A stretch of DNA of 64,000 bases from an uncultured Enterobacteriaceae bacterium (GCA_964479045.1 CAYZJI010000012.1:9321-73320), one strand, 5' to 3'; positions 47,891 to 59,092 are shown, counted from the stretch's first letter. Made by a program: numbers and translations. The notes: generated by a model from the letters alone, not told the origin.

Positions 47891-48904
47891 ATGCGTGTAC
47901 TGGGTATAGAAACGTCCTGTGACGAGACCGGAATTGCCGTCTATGACAGCGAACAGGGTCTACTGGCGCACGCCCTGCACAGTCAGGTGGATATGCATGC
48001 GGTCTATGGTGGTGTGGTGCCGGAACTGGCCTCCCGCGACCATGTGCGGCGTATTATCCCGTTGATCCGCAAGGTATTGGAGCAGGCCGGACTAAAATCT
48101 GAAGATATTGATGGCGTGGCTTACACGGCTGGACCCGGCCTGATCGGCGCCTTGCTGGTGGGGGTGGCCGTGGGTCGGAGTCTGGCCTATGGGTGGGGGG
48201 TGCCGGCGGTGGCCGTACACCACATGGAAGCCCATCTGCTCGCACCCATGCTGGAACCTGATATCCCGGAGTTTCCGTTCCTAGCACTGCTGGTTTCCGG
48301 CGGGCATACCCAACTGGTACAGGTCAACCGTCCGGGAGATTATCAGTTGCTGGGCGAGTCGCTGGATGATGCGGCTGGCGAGGCTTTTGATAAAACGGCC
48401 AAATTGTTGGGGCTGGGGTATCCCGGCGGACCGGCGCTCTCGGCTCTGGCGGCGAAAGGCAAGCCCGGCCGTTATGATTTCCCCCGGCCGATGACTGACC
48501 GGCCTGGACTCGATTTCAGTTTCAGCGGGCTCAAGACCCATGCCGTGAACACCATACGCAATGAGGGTGATGATCCAGAGACACAGGCGGATATCGCGCG
48601 CGCTTTTGTCGAAGCGGTGGTCGACACCCTTTTTATTAAATGCCGGCGAGCTATAGAGGAAACAGGCATAAACAGGTTGGTAGCTGCAGGCGGAGTAAGC
48701 GCTAACATTCAACTGCGGGAAAAGCTGAAAAACCTGGCTCGTCAGAAGAGCGGCAAAGTCTATTTCCCCCGACCGGAATTCTGCACTGACAACGGCGCCA
48801 TGATTGCCTACGCGGGCTATCTCAGGCTGCAACGGGGAGAAACTGAACCGCTCTCATTTGTGGCCTATCCACGCTGGCCGATGATGGAAGCTGCAGCCGC
48901 CTAG
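47891..48904 (+). CDS. tsaD: tRNA N6-threonylcarbamoyltransferase
   Basis: [22 protein letters not shown] and DNGAMIA motifs. Confidence 0.98.
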   Translation: MRVLGIETSCDETGIAVYDSEQGLLAHALHSQVDMHAVYGGVVPELASRDHVRRIIPLIRKVLEQAGLKSEDIDGVAYTAGPGLIGALLVGVAVGRSLAYGWGVPAVAVHHMEAHLLAPMLEPDIPEFPFLALLVSGGHTQLVQVNRPGDYQLLGESLDDAAGEAFDKTAKLLGLGYPGGPALSALAAKGKPGRYDFPRPMTDRPGLDFSFSGLKTHAVNTIRNEGDDPETQADIARAFVEAVVDTLFIKCRRAIEETGINRLVAAGGVSANIQLREKLKNLARQKSGKVYFPRPEFCTDNGAMIAYAGYLRLQRGETEPLSFVAYPRWPMMEAAAA

Positions 48905-49497
48905 GCTTTATCCGTTCCGATCTTGTCTTCCTTGCCGGCGAGCAGATTCCGTATATTGCTGCGGTGACGCCAGAACAGCAGAAACACCATGATGGTAATA
49001 GCGCTGATGTAGGGGATAGACGGTTGCAGCCAGGCCGTAATAAACGGAATGGAAGCTGCGGCCAGCAGGGCCGAAAGTGAGGAATAACGAAACAACGCGG
49101 CGGTCGTAAGCCAGGTCAGTACAAAAGCCAATCCCAGTCCCCAATACATTCCAAACAGCACACCAATCAAGGTGGCCACACCCTTGCCACCACGAAAACC
49201 AAAGAACACCGGATATAAATGGCCGCTGAATGCAGCAAGCGCGGTCAATGCAGTTACCCAGTCCGGGGTTTGCATGTAATACGCGATGATTACCGGGACA
49301 AACCCTTTGATGACATCGCCGGCCAGGGTCACGATGGCGGCTTTCTTGCCATGCAGACGCAGAACATTGGTGGCGCCGGGATTGTTCGATCCCTGTGTGC
49401 GTGGATCGGCGAGACCCATCAATTTGCACACGACCACGGCGGACGAAATGGAACCGCAGAGATAACCCAGAACAATCAGACCGGCATTCAGCAACAT
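48901..49497 (-). CDS. plsY: Glycerol-3-phosphate acyltransferase
   Basis: [28 protein letters not shown] and RHRSNIRNL. Confidence 0.96.
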   Translation of the reverse strand: MLLNAGLIVLGYLCGSISSAVVVCKLMGLADPRTQGSNNPGATNVLRLHGKKAAIVTLAGDVIKGFVPVIIAYYMQTPDWVTALTALAAFSGHLYPVFFGFRGGKGVATLIGVLFGMYWGLGLAFVLTWLTTAALFRYSSLSALLAAASIPFITAWLQPSIPYISAITIMVFLLFWRHRSNIRNLLAGKEDKIGTDKA

Positions 49498-49617
49498 GGT
49501 TGTATTGGAATCTGCACGGAAGGTCCCGTCAAGATGAAAATTGTCCGTTGTCAGCCACGGACGGTCAGTGTACAACTACGCCGAGCGGGGAATCCAAATA
49601 CAGGTATAAACAGGACA

Positions 49618-49974
49618 ATGGATATTATTTATCTCAAAGATCTGCGCATTGATACGGTAATCGGCATTTATGATTGGGAGCGCCGCACGCGGCAGACGGT
49701 CATTTTTGATATCGAAATGGCCGCGGACATCCGCAAGGCTGCGGCCAGCGATGCAATCGAAGATACTCTGAACTATAAAGCCGTGGCCAAACGGATCATT
49801 GCTTTTGTTGAAGCCAGTGAATTTCAACTGGTGGAAACCCTGGCGGAACGTGTCGCTGATATTTTGTTGAAAGAGTTCAAAGTACCCTGGGTACGCCTCA
49901 GTCTGAACAAACAGGGCGCTGTGCGGGGCGTGCGTGATGTCGGTGTGATTATCGAACGGGGATACCGCAGCTGA
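49618..49974 (+). CDS. folB: Dihydroneopterin aldolase
   Basis: MDIIYLKDLRIDTVIGIYDWER, LNYKAV and QLVETLAE. Confidence 0.96.
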   Translation: MDIIYLKDLRIDTVIGIYDWERRTRQTVIFDIEMAADIRKAAASDAIEDTLNYKAVAKRIIAFVEASEFQLVETLAERVADILLKEFKVPWVRLSLNKQGAVRGVRDVGVIIERGYRS

Positions 49975-49975
49975 A

Positions 49976-50458
49976 ATGACGCGGGTGTATGTCGGCATCG
50001 GCAGTAATATCGATCGCGAAATGAATATCCGCGGCGGTCTTGCTGCACTGGAACAGCACTTCGGCAATCTGACAGTGTCCGGTGTATATGAAAGTGAGGC
50101 GTACGGGTTTAAAGGGGACAACTTCTATAACCTGGTTGCCGGCTTCGAGACTGAACTGACCCTGGATCAGGTTGCCGAAACGTTGCGCAGGATCGAGTAT
50201 TCTTTTGGCCGCAAGCGTGAGCATGAACGCTTTCTCTCACGCACACTGGATATTGATTTGTTGTTATACGGAGATCTGGCAAGACATGATCAAAATTATG
50301 ATTTGCCGCGGCAGGACATCAGGATTTATGCTTTTGTCCTGTGCCCGCTGGCGGAAATCGCAGGGGATGAGAAGCATCCTGAACTGGCTACCAGTTATGG
50401 CAAGTTGTGGGAACAGTTCGACAAGCAGAAGCAACCATTATGGCGCGCAATACTCTGA
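49976..50458 (+). CDS. folK: 2-amino-4-hydroxy-6-hydroxymethyldihydropteridine pyrophosphokinase
   Basis: YVGIGSN and RTLDIDLLLY. Confidence 0.93.
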   Translation: MTRVYVGIGSNIDREMNIRGGLAALEQHFGNLTVSGVYESEAYGFKGDNFYNLVAGFETELTLDQVAETLRRIEYSFGRKREHERFLSRTLDIDLLLYGDLARHDQNYDLPRQDIRIYAFVLCPLAEIAGDEKHPELATSYGKLWEQFDKQKQPLWRAIL

Positions 50459-50529
50459 ACCAATTCCCGTGTAGGACTCCATCGCTTAACCTGCTAAAGT
50501 AACTTTTATGACCTGTCCGGAGATTGCCA

Positions 50530-50931
50530 ATGTGCTTTAGAAACATAGTGATTGTCATGCTGCTGCTGTTGACCGGTTGTGCCGGTGTTGCTATCAGGAA
50601 CAACACTGACAAGCTTAACAGCACGCTCAAGGAATATGGCGCAGACATGCGCTGGGGCCGCATGAACTACGCCTACAACTATCATGTGAACCGTGAGGGT
50701 ACCCGGCCCGTGGTTGATCTTGAGGCACTGGAACAATTCAACGTGACGGGTTTCCGCCCCGTCGATCCCGTGCTGAATGATGAAGCGACTGAAGCGGTCG
50801 TACCGGTGGAGATTGATTACTATGACAGGGAGTATGGTACCGTACGTAAAATCAAGACTACCCAGAACTGGTATTTTGATCCGGAAGCAAAAAACTGGCT
50901 GACGGAATCCGCATTTCCGGAATTCAAATAA
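50530..50931 (+). CDS. Hypothetical lipoprotein
   Basis: Lipobox LLTGC; no recognised family. Confidence 0.7.
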   Translation: MCFRNIVIVMLLLLTGCAGVAIRNNTDKLNSTLKEYGADMRWGRMNYAYNYHVNREGTRPVVDLEALEQFNVTGFRPVDPVLNDEATEAVVPVEIDYYDREYGTVRKIKTTQNWYFDPEAKNWLTESAFPEFK

Positions 50932-50941
50932 AATCCCTGTT

Positions 50942-51667
50942 TCAGGAGAAGAGCGTTCGCCCCCCATCAATCACCAGAATCTGCCCGGTCATGTAATTTG
51001 CTTCGATCAGGTAACGGGCTGCTTTGGCAATATCATCAGGCTGGCCTGCCCGTTTGAGAACTGTGCTGGCGAGTATGGCATTCCTTTCATCTGCACTCAG
51101 GCGCTCAGGCCAGAGTATAGCGCCTGGTGAAATGGCATTTACCCTGATCTGTGGCCCCAGTTCCTTGGCCAGAGATTGAGTCAGCATAATGAGCCCGGCC
51201 TTGCTGACACTGTATAACATATGTTCACGTAACGGACGTTTTGCGTGGATGTCGGCGAGATTGATGATGCAGCCCTGCTCTCTGGCAAGATGTGGCGCAG
51301 CGGCCCTTGAGAGAAACAGGGGCGCTCGCAAGTTCACATTCATCATCTCGTCCCACTGGGCCGCATCGACTGCCCCGACAGGTGTGGGATAAAAAACTGA
51401 GGCATTATTAATCAGCACATCCATCCGGTTATTGAACTGCATCGCAACATCAACAATTGATTGGCAGTCTGTTTGATTCAAATCTGCCTGCAGCAGATGG
51501 GCGGAACCAGGACGTTCGGCATTGAGTTCAGCTGCAAGCTGCGCGGCATCAGGTCTGGAAGTATTAAAATGGATGATTACATCCATGCCCATGGCATGGA
51601 CTTCTTTCACAATGGCCGCGCCGATCCGTTTTGCGGCGCCGGTAATTAATGCTGTCCTCTTGCTCAT
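50942..51667 (-). CDS. folM: Pteridine reductase (SDR family)
   Basis: TGAAKRIG, NNASVFYPT and YSVSKAG motifs; next to folBK. Confidence 0.88.
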   Translation of the reverse strand: MSKRTALITGAAKRIGAAIVKEVHAMGMDVIIHFNTSRPDAAQLAAELNAERPGSAHLLQADLNQTDCQSIVDVAMQFNNRMDVLINNASVFYPTPVGAVDAAQWDEMMNVNLRAPLFLSRAAAPHLAREQGCIINLADIHAKRPLREHMLYSVSKAGLIMLTQSLAKELGPQIRVNAISPGAILWPERLSADERNAILASTVLKRAGQPDDIAKAARYLIEANYMTGQILVIDGGRTLFS

Positions 51668-51695
51668 ATTTGATTTACAGGTGTATAAAACCCGG

Positions 51696-52889
51696 ATGGT
51701 TCTGTCTGCTGAAAGTACCGGTAATGTCGACTTGCCTGGGCCCGAATCCTTTGCATTGGAACATAGCCGGCGATTATGTCACAGGATAGCTGCAGCAATC
51801 GCAGAAAATGAGGGTGCCATCAGTTTTGTCCGGTACATGCAAATGGCGTTGTATGAACCGGGACTGGGATATTACAGCAGCGGCAGCCGGAAATTCGGGC
51901 CTGTTGGCGATTTTGTCACTGCCCCCGAAATTTCACCGGTATTTGCCCTCTGTCTTGCCCGTCAGTGTGTACCTGTACTTGAATCCTTGAACCGTCCGGT
52001 TATCTTGGAGCCCGGCCCGGGAACCGGCGCCATGGCAGCCACATTATTGCAGGCACTTGAATACATGGATTGCCTGCCGGAGAAATATTTCATGCTGGAA
52101 CTGAGTGCTGATTTGCGGCAACGCCAGCAGGATCAACTGTCAAGAAGGGTTCCCCATCTGTTGCACAGAATAGTTTGGCTGGACCAACTGCCGGGAGAGC
52201 CGTTTGAAGGAATTATTATCGGAAATGAAGTGGTCGATGCTATTCCGGTGCACAGGCTTGTGGTCGAGCATGGCCGCCTGTGTGAGTTATGTGTGGGCTG
52301 GAAGGACGATCAGTTTATATGGAAGGTAAAACCAACGGAGACCGCAATACAGGCACGGATTGATCAGCACCTTGCAGGCATGAATTTGCCAGAAGGATAT
52401 CAGACAGAAATCAATCTTCAGGTCGAAGCCTGGCTGTGTTCAGTGACGGTGCAGTTGCAACGTGGACTGGTGCTTCTGGTGGATTACGGGTATCCACGTA
52501 GTGAGTATTATCATCCACAGCGCAGACAGGGGACACTCTTGTGTCATTACCGGCACCATGTACATGCCGATCCTTTCCTGTATCCCGGGCTGCAGGACAT
52601 TACGGCTTCAGTCGATTTTACCTTGCTTGCGGAAGCGGCAACAGCGGCCGGTTTACAGGTCAGTGGCTACACCACCCAGGCCCATTTTCTGATCAATACC
52701 GGTCTCGACAAGGTCCTTCATGAAAACCGCCTGATGGCCGCCATCGATCCTGCCGAAGCTGGCCGTCAGATCAGGATTCTGACCTTGCCCGGTGAAATGG
52801 GGGAACGATTCAAGGTGATGGCGTTGACGAAAAACCTGGATTCTCCACTGGCGGCATTTCAGGTGTTTGATCAGAGAGGGCGTCTCTAG
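51696..52889 (+). CDS. SAM-dependent methyltransferase, MidA/NDUFAF7 family
   Basis: ALYEPGLGYY, GDFVTAPEIS, NEVVDAIP, DYG and QDITASVDF. Confidence 0.9.
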   Translation: MVLSAESTGNVDLPGPESFALEHSRRLCHRIAAAIAENEGAISFVRYMQMALYEPGLGYYSSGSRKFGPVGDFVTAPEISPVFALCLARQCVPVLESLNRPVILEPGPGTGAMAATLLQALEYMDCLPEKYFMLELSADLRQRQQDQLSRRVPHLLHRIVWLDQLPGEPFEGIIIGNEVVDAIPVHRLVVEHGRLCELCVGWKDDQFIWKVKPTETAIQARIDQHLAGMNLPEGYQTEINLQVEAWLCSVTVQLQRGLVLLVDYGYPRSEYYHPQRRQGTLLCHYRHHVHADPFLYPGLQDITASVDFTLLAEAATAAGLQVSGYTTQAHFLINTGLDKVLHENRLMAAIDPAEAGRQIRILTLPGEMGERFKVMALTKNLDSPLAAFQVFDQRGRL

Positions 52890-52896
52890 CCACACT

Positions 52897-53619
52897 ATGC
52901 ACAATATCATCCGGTTTCTGGCCAGTATGCAGATTGCTGTTTTGCTTGTTACCGTTGGCGGGTGTGCTCAACAAACTCCACGCAGTAACACGCCGAAACA
53001 GACCGGATTCAACATCAAGTCGCTGGCCAAGTCAGATATTGATGATGTGCTCGATATTCATGTCCGTGAGATGCGCGCTCACCTGCGCGAACTGATGATC
53101 AAGCTCTATAAACGCAATCCCCGTGAACTGAAAAAATCCAGGTATCAGGACATCAAGAAAAACGTCAATCGGGTTTTCCATCAGGTCCACAACTGGAAAT
53201 TTGATGAACTGGATAACAAACGCAGCATCCAGGCCATTCATCTTGCCTTTGATGAACATTATGAGGGCGATCGTGTGTTTGCGTTTATCGTCGGGCTGGC
53301 ATCGATGGTGATGTCAGCCTATGAATATAAATCCGAGTTTTACATGCTGGATACCATCGATCCGCAAAAACTGTACAATAGTGCCCGCAACATTGAAATT
53401 GCAGTATGGAAGCTGGAGCATGATCTGGATTCCCGGGGAGAATTGTTTTTGTACAGTAATTCACTTCCGGGAGAGCCGTTGAACCTCAGTTATGAACGTT
53501 TGTTTGGAAAGATGATCGCAACCCAGGACACTATTGCCATGATCATCGCTGATCGAACCAACCGCGGAATCAAGAAAGTAATACAGCAAATGGCCACGGC
53601 CGTATTTTTGCCGATATAA
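52897..53619 (+). CDS. Conserved hypothetical lipoprotein
   Basis: Lipobox VGGC; ELMIKLYKRNPREL; clean ORF. Confidence 0.7.
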   Translation: MHNIIRFLASMQIAVLLVTVGGCAQQTPRSNTPKQTGFNIKSLAKSDIDDVLDIHVREMRAHLRELMIKLYKRNPRELKKSRYQDIKKNVNRVFHQVHNWKFDELDNKRSIQAIHLAFDEHYEGDRVFAFIVGLASMVMSAYEYKSEFYMLDTIDPQKLYNSARNIEIAVWKLEHDLDSRGELFLYSNSLPGEPLNLSYERLFGKMIATQDTIAMIIADRTNRGIKKVIQQMATAVFLPI

Positions 53620-53632
53620 AAAAGAAAGAACT

Positions 53633-54430
53633 TTGGACTATTTACATCTTCTTATACTGGGCCTGCTCCAGGGACTGACTGAATTCCTTCCCATATCCAG
53701 TTCCGGACATTTGATTCTGTTGCCGCAACTGGCAGGCTGGAACGATCAAGGCATCGCCTACGATATCTTTGCCCACCTGGGCAGTCTCACGGCCGTGATC
53801 ATCTATTTCTACAGTGATTTGTCCCGACTGGTTCCTGCCTGGGTCCGATCCTTGCACGGCGGGCGCATGACACAGGATGCGCGTATTGGCTGGTACCTGA
53901 TACTGGCCACCATCCCGATCGCCGTCGCCGGCCTGCTTTTCTACAATATTATTTCCACACAATTCCGTAACCCGTTGATCATTGCCGGCGCCACTGTATT
54001 TTTTGGTTTATTGCTTCTCTTTGCTGATCTGAAAGGCAAACGTAACCGGGATCACACCAGCGTGACGTTGCGAGATGCGTTGTGGATCGGTCTGGCCCAG
54101 GCATTTGCCCTGATTCCGGGAACTTCACGTTCCGGTGTAACGATGACAGCCGGATTGCTGTTAGGGCTTAAACGGCAGGAAGCCGCGCGGTTTTCTTTTT
54201 TGCTGGCATTGCCGACGATTTTTCTCGCCGGGGCTCATCAGGTGTTGAAATTCATCCAGAACGGTTCCGAAGCAGACATGATCGGGCTTGCGATCATTTT
54301 TACTGCCTCGGCCGTGAGTTCATGGGCGGCAATAAAGTTTTTCATTGCCCTGATAGAACGGACTGGCATGCTGCCCTATGTGATTTACCGGCTACTGCTC
54401 GGAACATTTCTGGTCATTACCTTTACCTGA
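53633..54430 (+). CDS. uppP: Undecaprenyl-diphosphate phosphatase
   Basis: QGLTEFLPISSSGH and PGTSRSG motifs. Confidence 0.96.
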   Translation: MDYLHLLILGLLQGLTEFLPISSSGHLILLPQLAGWNDQGIAYDIFAHLGSLTAVIIYFYSDLSRLVPAWVRSLHGGRMTQDARIGWYLILATIPIAVAGLLFYNIISTQFRNPLIIAGATVFFGLLLLFADLKGKRNRDHTSVTLRDALWIGLAQAFALIPGTSRSGVTMTAGLLLGLKRQEAARFSFLLALPTIFLAGAHQVLKFIQNGSEADMIGLAIIFTASAVSSWAAIKFFIALIERTGMLPYVIYRLLLGTFLVITFT

Positions 54431-54441
54431 AGTCCTGGTCT

Positions 54442-55146
54442 TCAGCAATGCAGTTGCCGGGCCAGATCGCACATGTCCACGGCCTGCAATGTGTTGTCTG
54501 GATGAGCAATATTATCCTTTCTGAAGTCCCGGCCAAATTCGTCAGGCCGCTCGATAAAAGCAGTGGCAAGACCGCAGGCGCGTGCGCCATCCAGATCATC
54601 CTGATGTGCAGCTACCATCATGACTTCTGCGGGCGTAACCGAGAACATTTCCGCTGCCCCCAGATAGATGGCCGGATCGGGTTTGTAGGTTTTGAACATT
54701 TCTGCGGAGAGGATACAGTCCCAGGGCAAACCGGCATGCCTGGCCAGATGAGTGAGCAGGGCAGTATTTCCATTCGATAATGCGCACACGATATATTTTG
54801 ATTTCAGGCGCGTCATTCCGCTGATACTGTCCGGCCATGGTTGCAGGCGCTGCCAGACATGATTCAAATCCTGTTTTTGTTTTTCGGTCAGGTGGGTGAT
54901 TCCGTATTGTGCAAGCAGGCGGTCAAGAATTTCGCGATGGATCCGGTCAATGGTTTTCCAGCCTGTAATCCCGCGTACTACCTGTTGCATGGCGGGTTGA
55001 TAACCGGAACGCCAGTCTCGTGCGAATTGGGCCGCATCAATATCACAGTTTACGCGATGGATCTCCCTCACGACTGAGCTGTGCCAATCGACAACGGTAC
55101 CGAATACATCAAAGGCCAGTATCTTGATTGTCTGCAACGCTTCCAT
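54442..55146 (-). CDS. Haloacid dehalogenase type II-like HAD hydrolase
   Basis: FDVFGTVVDW, LSNGN, YKPDP and VAAH.DDL. Confidence 0.9.
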   Translation of the reverse strand: MEALQTIKILAFDVFGTVVDWHSSVVREIHRVNCDIDAAQFARDWRSGYQPAMQQVVRGITGWKTIDRIHREILDRLLAQYGITHLTEKQKQDLNHVWQRLQPWPDSISGMTRLKSKYIVCALSNGNTALLTHLARHAGLPWDCILSAEMFKTYKPDPAIYLGAAEMFSVTPAEVMMVAAHQDDLDGARACGLATAFIERPDEFGRDFRKDNIAHPDNTLQAVDMCDLARQLHC

Positions 55147-55179
55147 GGTATCAGGACGCTCCTTTTGATCAGGCCAGAT

Positions 55180-55452
55180 CTAGACCTTGATAAGGGTCCA
55201 GAGTCCGATGGCGATAAAACCCGCGCCGGCAATCATATTCAGATATTTCGCGCTGATATAATTTGATATGAATCCGCCGGCCAGTACACCGATACCTGCG
55301 GCAATCACCAGTGCCAGTGAAGCGCCGGCAAATATCACCAGTTTGTTCACATCCTTGTCAGAAGCAAACAGAAGCGTGGCCAACTGGGTTTTGTCACCTA
55401 TCTCGGCAATAAAAACAGTTGTGAATACAGTCAGAAAAATCTTGAGATCCAT
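55180..55452 (-). CDS. Half-size TMEM165/GDT1 (UPF0016) protein
   Basis: Single AEIGDKTQLAT motif and three TMs in about 90 aa. Confidence 0.85.
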   Translation of the reverse strand: MDLKIFLTVFTTVFIAEIGDKTQLATLLFASDKDVNKLVIFAGASLALVIAAGIGVLAGGFISNYISAKYLNMIAGAGFIAIGLWTLIKV

Positions 55453-55517
55453 ATAACCTCGCATGCAAGTGGCTCGAGGACAGATTATAACCCTTGGGGA
55501 GGCGGCTACATTATGGA

Positions 55518-58500
55518 TTATTTCAGCCTGTAATGTGTTTTGAGAAAGTCCGATATGACAGCGGATGACTCCGGTGCGCAGATGAGATAGCCCTGTATTT
55601 CATTACTGCCGTGGTTTTGCAGGAAATCAAATTGTTCCGCTTTTTCCACACCTTCTGCGACCACCCTGAACTTCAGCTGATTAGCCAGTGCCAGGATGGC
55701 CCGTACGATGGCGGCATCATTCGAATCCTGCGGAATATCCTGAACAAATGACTTGTCAATTTTTACCCGGTGCAGTGGCAGCAGTTTGAGATAGGCCAGA
55801 CTGGAATAGCCGGTACCGAAATCATCCACAGCCAGATTGATACCCATGCGATGCAATTCCTGCAACACCTGGATGGAGAGATTGACATCATCCATCACGG
55901 CAGACTCCGTAATCTCCAGCTCCAGATATTCAGGTTTTAGCCGGGTTTCATTCAGGATTTTATTGACCACACCGGAAAAGTTTTTTTGCCGCAATTGACG
56001 TGCAGAGATGTTTACCGCCATGCGGAGCGCTCTATATCCTGTTTTTTGCCATTCCAGACATTGTTCGCAGGCGCGGCGTAAAACCCAGACCCCGATAGGT
56101 TCGATCAACCCTGTCTCCTCGGCTATGGAAATGAAACGGTCCGGGTGTATCAGTCCATATCGTGGGTGCTGCCAGCGCAGTAGCGCTTCGACAGCAACTA
56201 TACTGTTGCTCTGTAAATCCAGTTGCGGCTGGTAATGGAGAACAAATTCGTCACGATCAAGAGCATGGCGCAGATCATTTTCAATCAGCAACCGTTCATG
56301 CATACGGGCATCAATTGCACTGTCAAAAAACTGATAGCAGTTGCGTCCATGATCCTTTGCCTGATAGAGAGCAGCATCTGCATGTTTGAGCAGCGCATCT
56401 GCATCATCGCCATCTTTCGGGAACAGACTGATCCCGATACTGGTGGTGATATGCAGTTCATGTCCCAGGACATTGAATGGGCCTGTTATGGCATGGATCG
56501 CGCGTGATGCCGTTTGTGCGGCATCACGGCCAGTGCCTATACGCGGCAAGAGGATGACAAACTCGTCACCTCCCAGTCTTGCTACAGTGTCCTCTTCACG
56601 CAGTAATGCCTGGAAACGTGATGCCACCTGACGCAACAATTCATCGCCAACCGCATGGCCCAGGGTATCGTTGATTTCCTTGAAGCGATCCAGATCAATG
56701 AACAGCACAGCCAGTGCCTTGCTGGTACGTCGGCAGGAGTGCAGGGCCTGCTCCAGCCGATCCAGAAACAGCGCACGGTTCGGAAGAACGGTGAGTGTAT
56801 CGTGAAAGGCAAGGTAACGGATGCGGGCCTCATTATTCTGGCGTTCCGTGATGTCGCGTACAAAAGCACTGAAATGCCATGCATTACCGATACGCAGGGG
56901 GCTGATAGTCAATTCAATCGGGATCACATCACCATTACGGTGCAGGGCTTTTACCTCAATACGTTTATTCAACAATGGCCCTTCACCCGTTGCGAGAAAA
57001 TGGGCCATGCCTTTGAGATGTGCAGCCCGATATTCCTGCGGAACGATCAACTCGGCGAGTGGCTGTCCCATGGCTTCATCATGTGACCAGCCGAGTATAT
57101 GTTCGGCCTGGATGTTCCATTCAGTGATCGTCCCTGCAGCATCTATTCCGATGACACCATCCAGTGCATTATCCACAATCATCCGGGTTCGTGCTTCACT
57201 TTCACGCAATGCAGCTTCGGTTTTTTTGCGCTCACTGACATTCACTATCGTACCAAGTACGGCCGGCTTGCCGTCATATTCTGTCAATGTTCCCCTGAAT
57301 TCTGCCGGTAATTTTCCAGCGGTTCCCTTTTTCATCAGGAACAGTTCGTATACAGCCGCTGGTTTTTCTCCCGCAATGCGTTGCGTGAAACGTTCGAGGA
57401 CCATTTCCTGTGATTCAGGAGCAACCACCTCACTGAGGTGTTTATTGACCAGTTCTCCCTGCGCATAACCCAGCATATTATGCATAGCCCGGTTGGCAAA
57501 CTTGCATACATAATCCTGAACAATAATAATCCCCGCCTCCAGCTGTTCCACCAGCAGCCGGTATTTGCGTGTAGTTTTGTTCATGGCCTGTTCCGCCCGG
57601 CGGCGTTCATCTGCTTCCATTGCAACACTCACATTGGCAGCGAGATGTCTGGCGAAATCCTCTTCCAGATCATTCCAGTACCGGTATCTGCCGGTCTGCT
57701 CATGGCATAACACACCGACAACCTGTCCATGGCTCCAGATCGGGACATCCATCATGGAGTAAATATTCATGGGCTCCAGCCAGTTGGATTTCATCTCACA
57801 GGTACGGGGGTCTTTGCGCGCATCATCCGCGAGTATGACTTCCTGCCGGTTAATGGCAATGAGATAAGGGGAGGTGCTGTCCAGTGTCAATATCATGCCG
57901 CGTTGGTGCTCACGTATCGATGCAACAAACTGATCCAGACACTCAATCGTATTCCCGTACATGGTCCAGATACTGGAACGTTCAATATTGAGTGCCTGAC
58001 AGCCTGCTTCTGTGATGGCCTTGAAATGTTCCTCGATCGTGTTGAATTTCTGTTGTGACAGGTTGAGCAGTATTTCCTTGTAACGGAGAGCCTGCTGGGA
58101 CTTTTCCAGTTGTTTATGTTCGACGCGTTTGCGCAGGTTGCTGTCTATGGCGGAGGCAATCCCCGCTATTGTCAGTACTGAAAAACCACCGGCCGTGGTT
58201 AATATGGCCAAGGTATGCTGACTGAGTCCGCTGACCGCAGCAAGACAAACACTTTCCGGGGCAAAGGAGGCTGCCGCCATGCCGGTGTAATGCATGCCGG
58301 CAATGGCACACCCCATGATGATCGCACTGCCCAGCTTTTTCCAGAAGGTGTGCGTTATGTTGTTGTCACGCACACGCATGGCGAGTTCCAGCGCTGCCCA
58401 GGACGTGACGATTGCGATCGCCACAGACAATGAAAACAGCAGCGGGTCATATTGAACAGGTGGTGACATCCGCATTGCTGCCATGCCGGTATAGTGCATG

Positions 58501-58856
58501 GAAGATATTCCGATCCCCATCAGTACTGCTGCTCCGTAAATCACATTCGGTGACGTATTGAAACTGCGCAGAAAATACAGGGCAATGCCAGAAGCGATGA
58601 TCGCTGGAAGTATCGAGAGTAGTGTAAGGCCGGTATCGAAGCCAATCGGTATCGGAAGGTGATAGGCCAGCATCCCGATGAAATGCATAGACCAGATTCC
58701 AAGTCCCATGGAGGTCGCGCCGCCCAGTAGCCAGTAACGGGCGGCAAAGGGTTCTGCTTGTGCGATTTTTGCGCCCAGAGACAGAGTTGTCCAGGACGCA
58801 AATATGGCCATAAGTATGGAGAGGCTGACCAGAAAAAAATTATAGCTGGCAGCCAT
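55518..58856 (-). CDS. MHYT-GAF-PAS-PAS-GGDEF-EAL c-di-GMP enzyme
   Basis: MHFIGM, MHYTGM (x2); GAF (SMMDVPI..GVLCHEQ); two PAS; intact GGDEF; EAL and DDFGTGYSS. Confidence 0.93.
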   Translation of the reverse strand: MAASYNFFLVSLSILMAIFASWTTLSLGAKIAQAEPFAARYWLLGGATSMGLGIWSMHFIGMLAYHLPIPIGFDTGLTLLSILPAIIASGIALYFLRSFNTSPNVIYGAAVLMGIGISSMHYTGMAAMRMSPPVQYDPLLFSLSVAIAIVTSWAALELAMRVRDNNITHTFWKKLGSAIIMGCAIAGMHYTGMAAASFAPESVCLAAVSGLSQHTLAILTTAGGFSVLTIAGIASAIDSNLRKRVEHKQLEKSQQALRYKEILLNLSQQKFNTIEEHFKAITEAGCQALNIERSSIWTMYGNTIECLDQFVASIREHQRGMILTLDSTSPYLIAINRQEVILADDARKDPRTCEMKSNWLEPMNIYSMMDVPIWSHGQVVGVLCHEQTGRYRYWNDLEEDFARHLAANVSVAMEADERRRAEQAMNKTTRKYRLLVEQLEAGIIIVQDYVCKFANRAMHNMLGYAQGELVNKHLSEVVAPESQEMVLERFTQRIAGEKPAAVYELFLMKKGTAGKLPAEFRGTLTEYDGKPAVLGTIVNVSERKKTEAALRESEARTRMIVDNALDGVIGIDAAGTITEWNIQAEHILGWSHDEAMGQPLAELIVPQEYRAAHLKGMAHFLATGEGPLLNKRIEVKALHRNGDVIPIELTISPLRIGNAWHFSAFVRDITERQNNEARIRYLAFHDTLTVLPNRALFLDRLEQALHSCRRTSKALAVLFIDLDRFKEINDTLGHAVGDELLRQVASRFQALLREEDTVARLGGDEFVILLPRIGTGRDAAQTASRAIHAITGPFNVLGHELHITTSIGISLFPKDGDDADALLKHADAALYQAKDHGRNCYQFFDSAIDARMHERLLIENDLRHALDRDEFVLHYQPQLDLQSNSIVAVEALLRWQHPRYGLIHPDRFISIAEETGLIEPIGVWVLRRACEQCLEWQKTGYRALRMAVNISARQLRQKNFSGVVNKILNETRLKPEYLELEITESAVMDDVNLSIQVLQELHRMGINLAVDDFGTGYSSLAYLKLLPLHRVKIDKSFVQDIPQDSNDAAIVRAILALANQLKFRVVAEGVEKAEQFDFLQNHGSNEIQGYLICAPESSAVISDFLKTHYRLK

Positions 58857-59092
58857 AGTCAGGCAGTGTCGGTTTTGTCTGGATCTGCTGCATGTTGAAC
58901 CGCGTCACCCATGCGGGCCATACTCAAAAAAAACATCTCAGTGTGAGCCTCTGGTTACAATTATTATTATAGTTATTCAGGCTGCTGTTGTCGTTTAATG
59001 GTAACAGATGTTGGTCTGCCGGATATGCCTATATTCTGGATGTAACACGGATCAAAAACAGTGCATGGTGCACCCGGTATGGCATTGCAGGA

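Noticed and set aside
49219-49617. Apparent 133-aa N-terminal extension of FolB
   Set aside because: Overlaps plsY on the other strand; ATG 49618 has an RBS and gives the normal FolB length.
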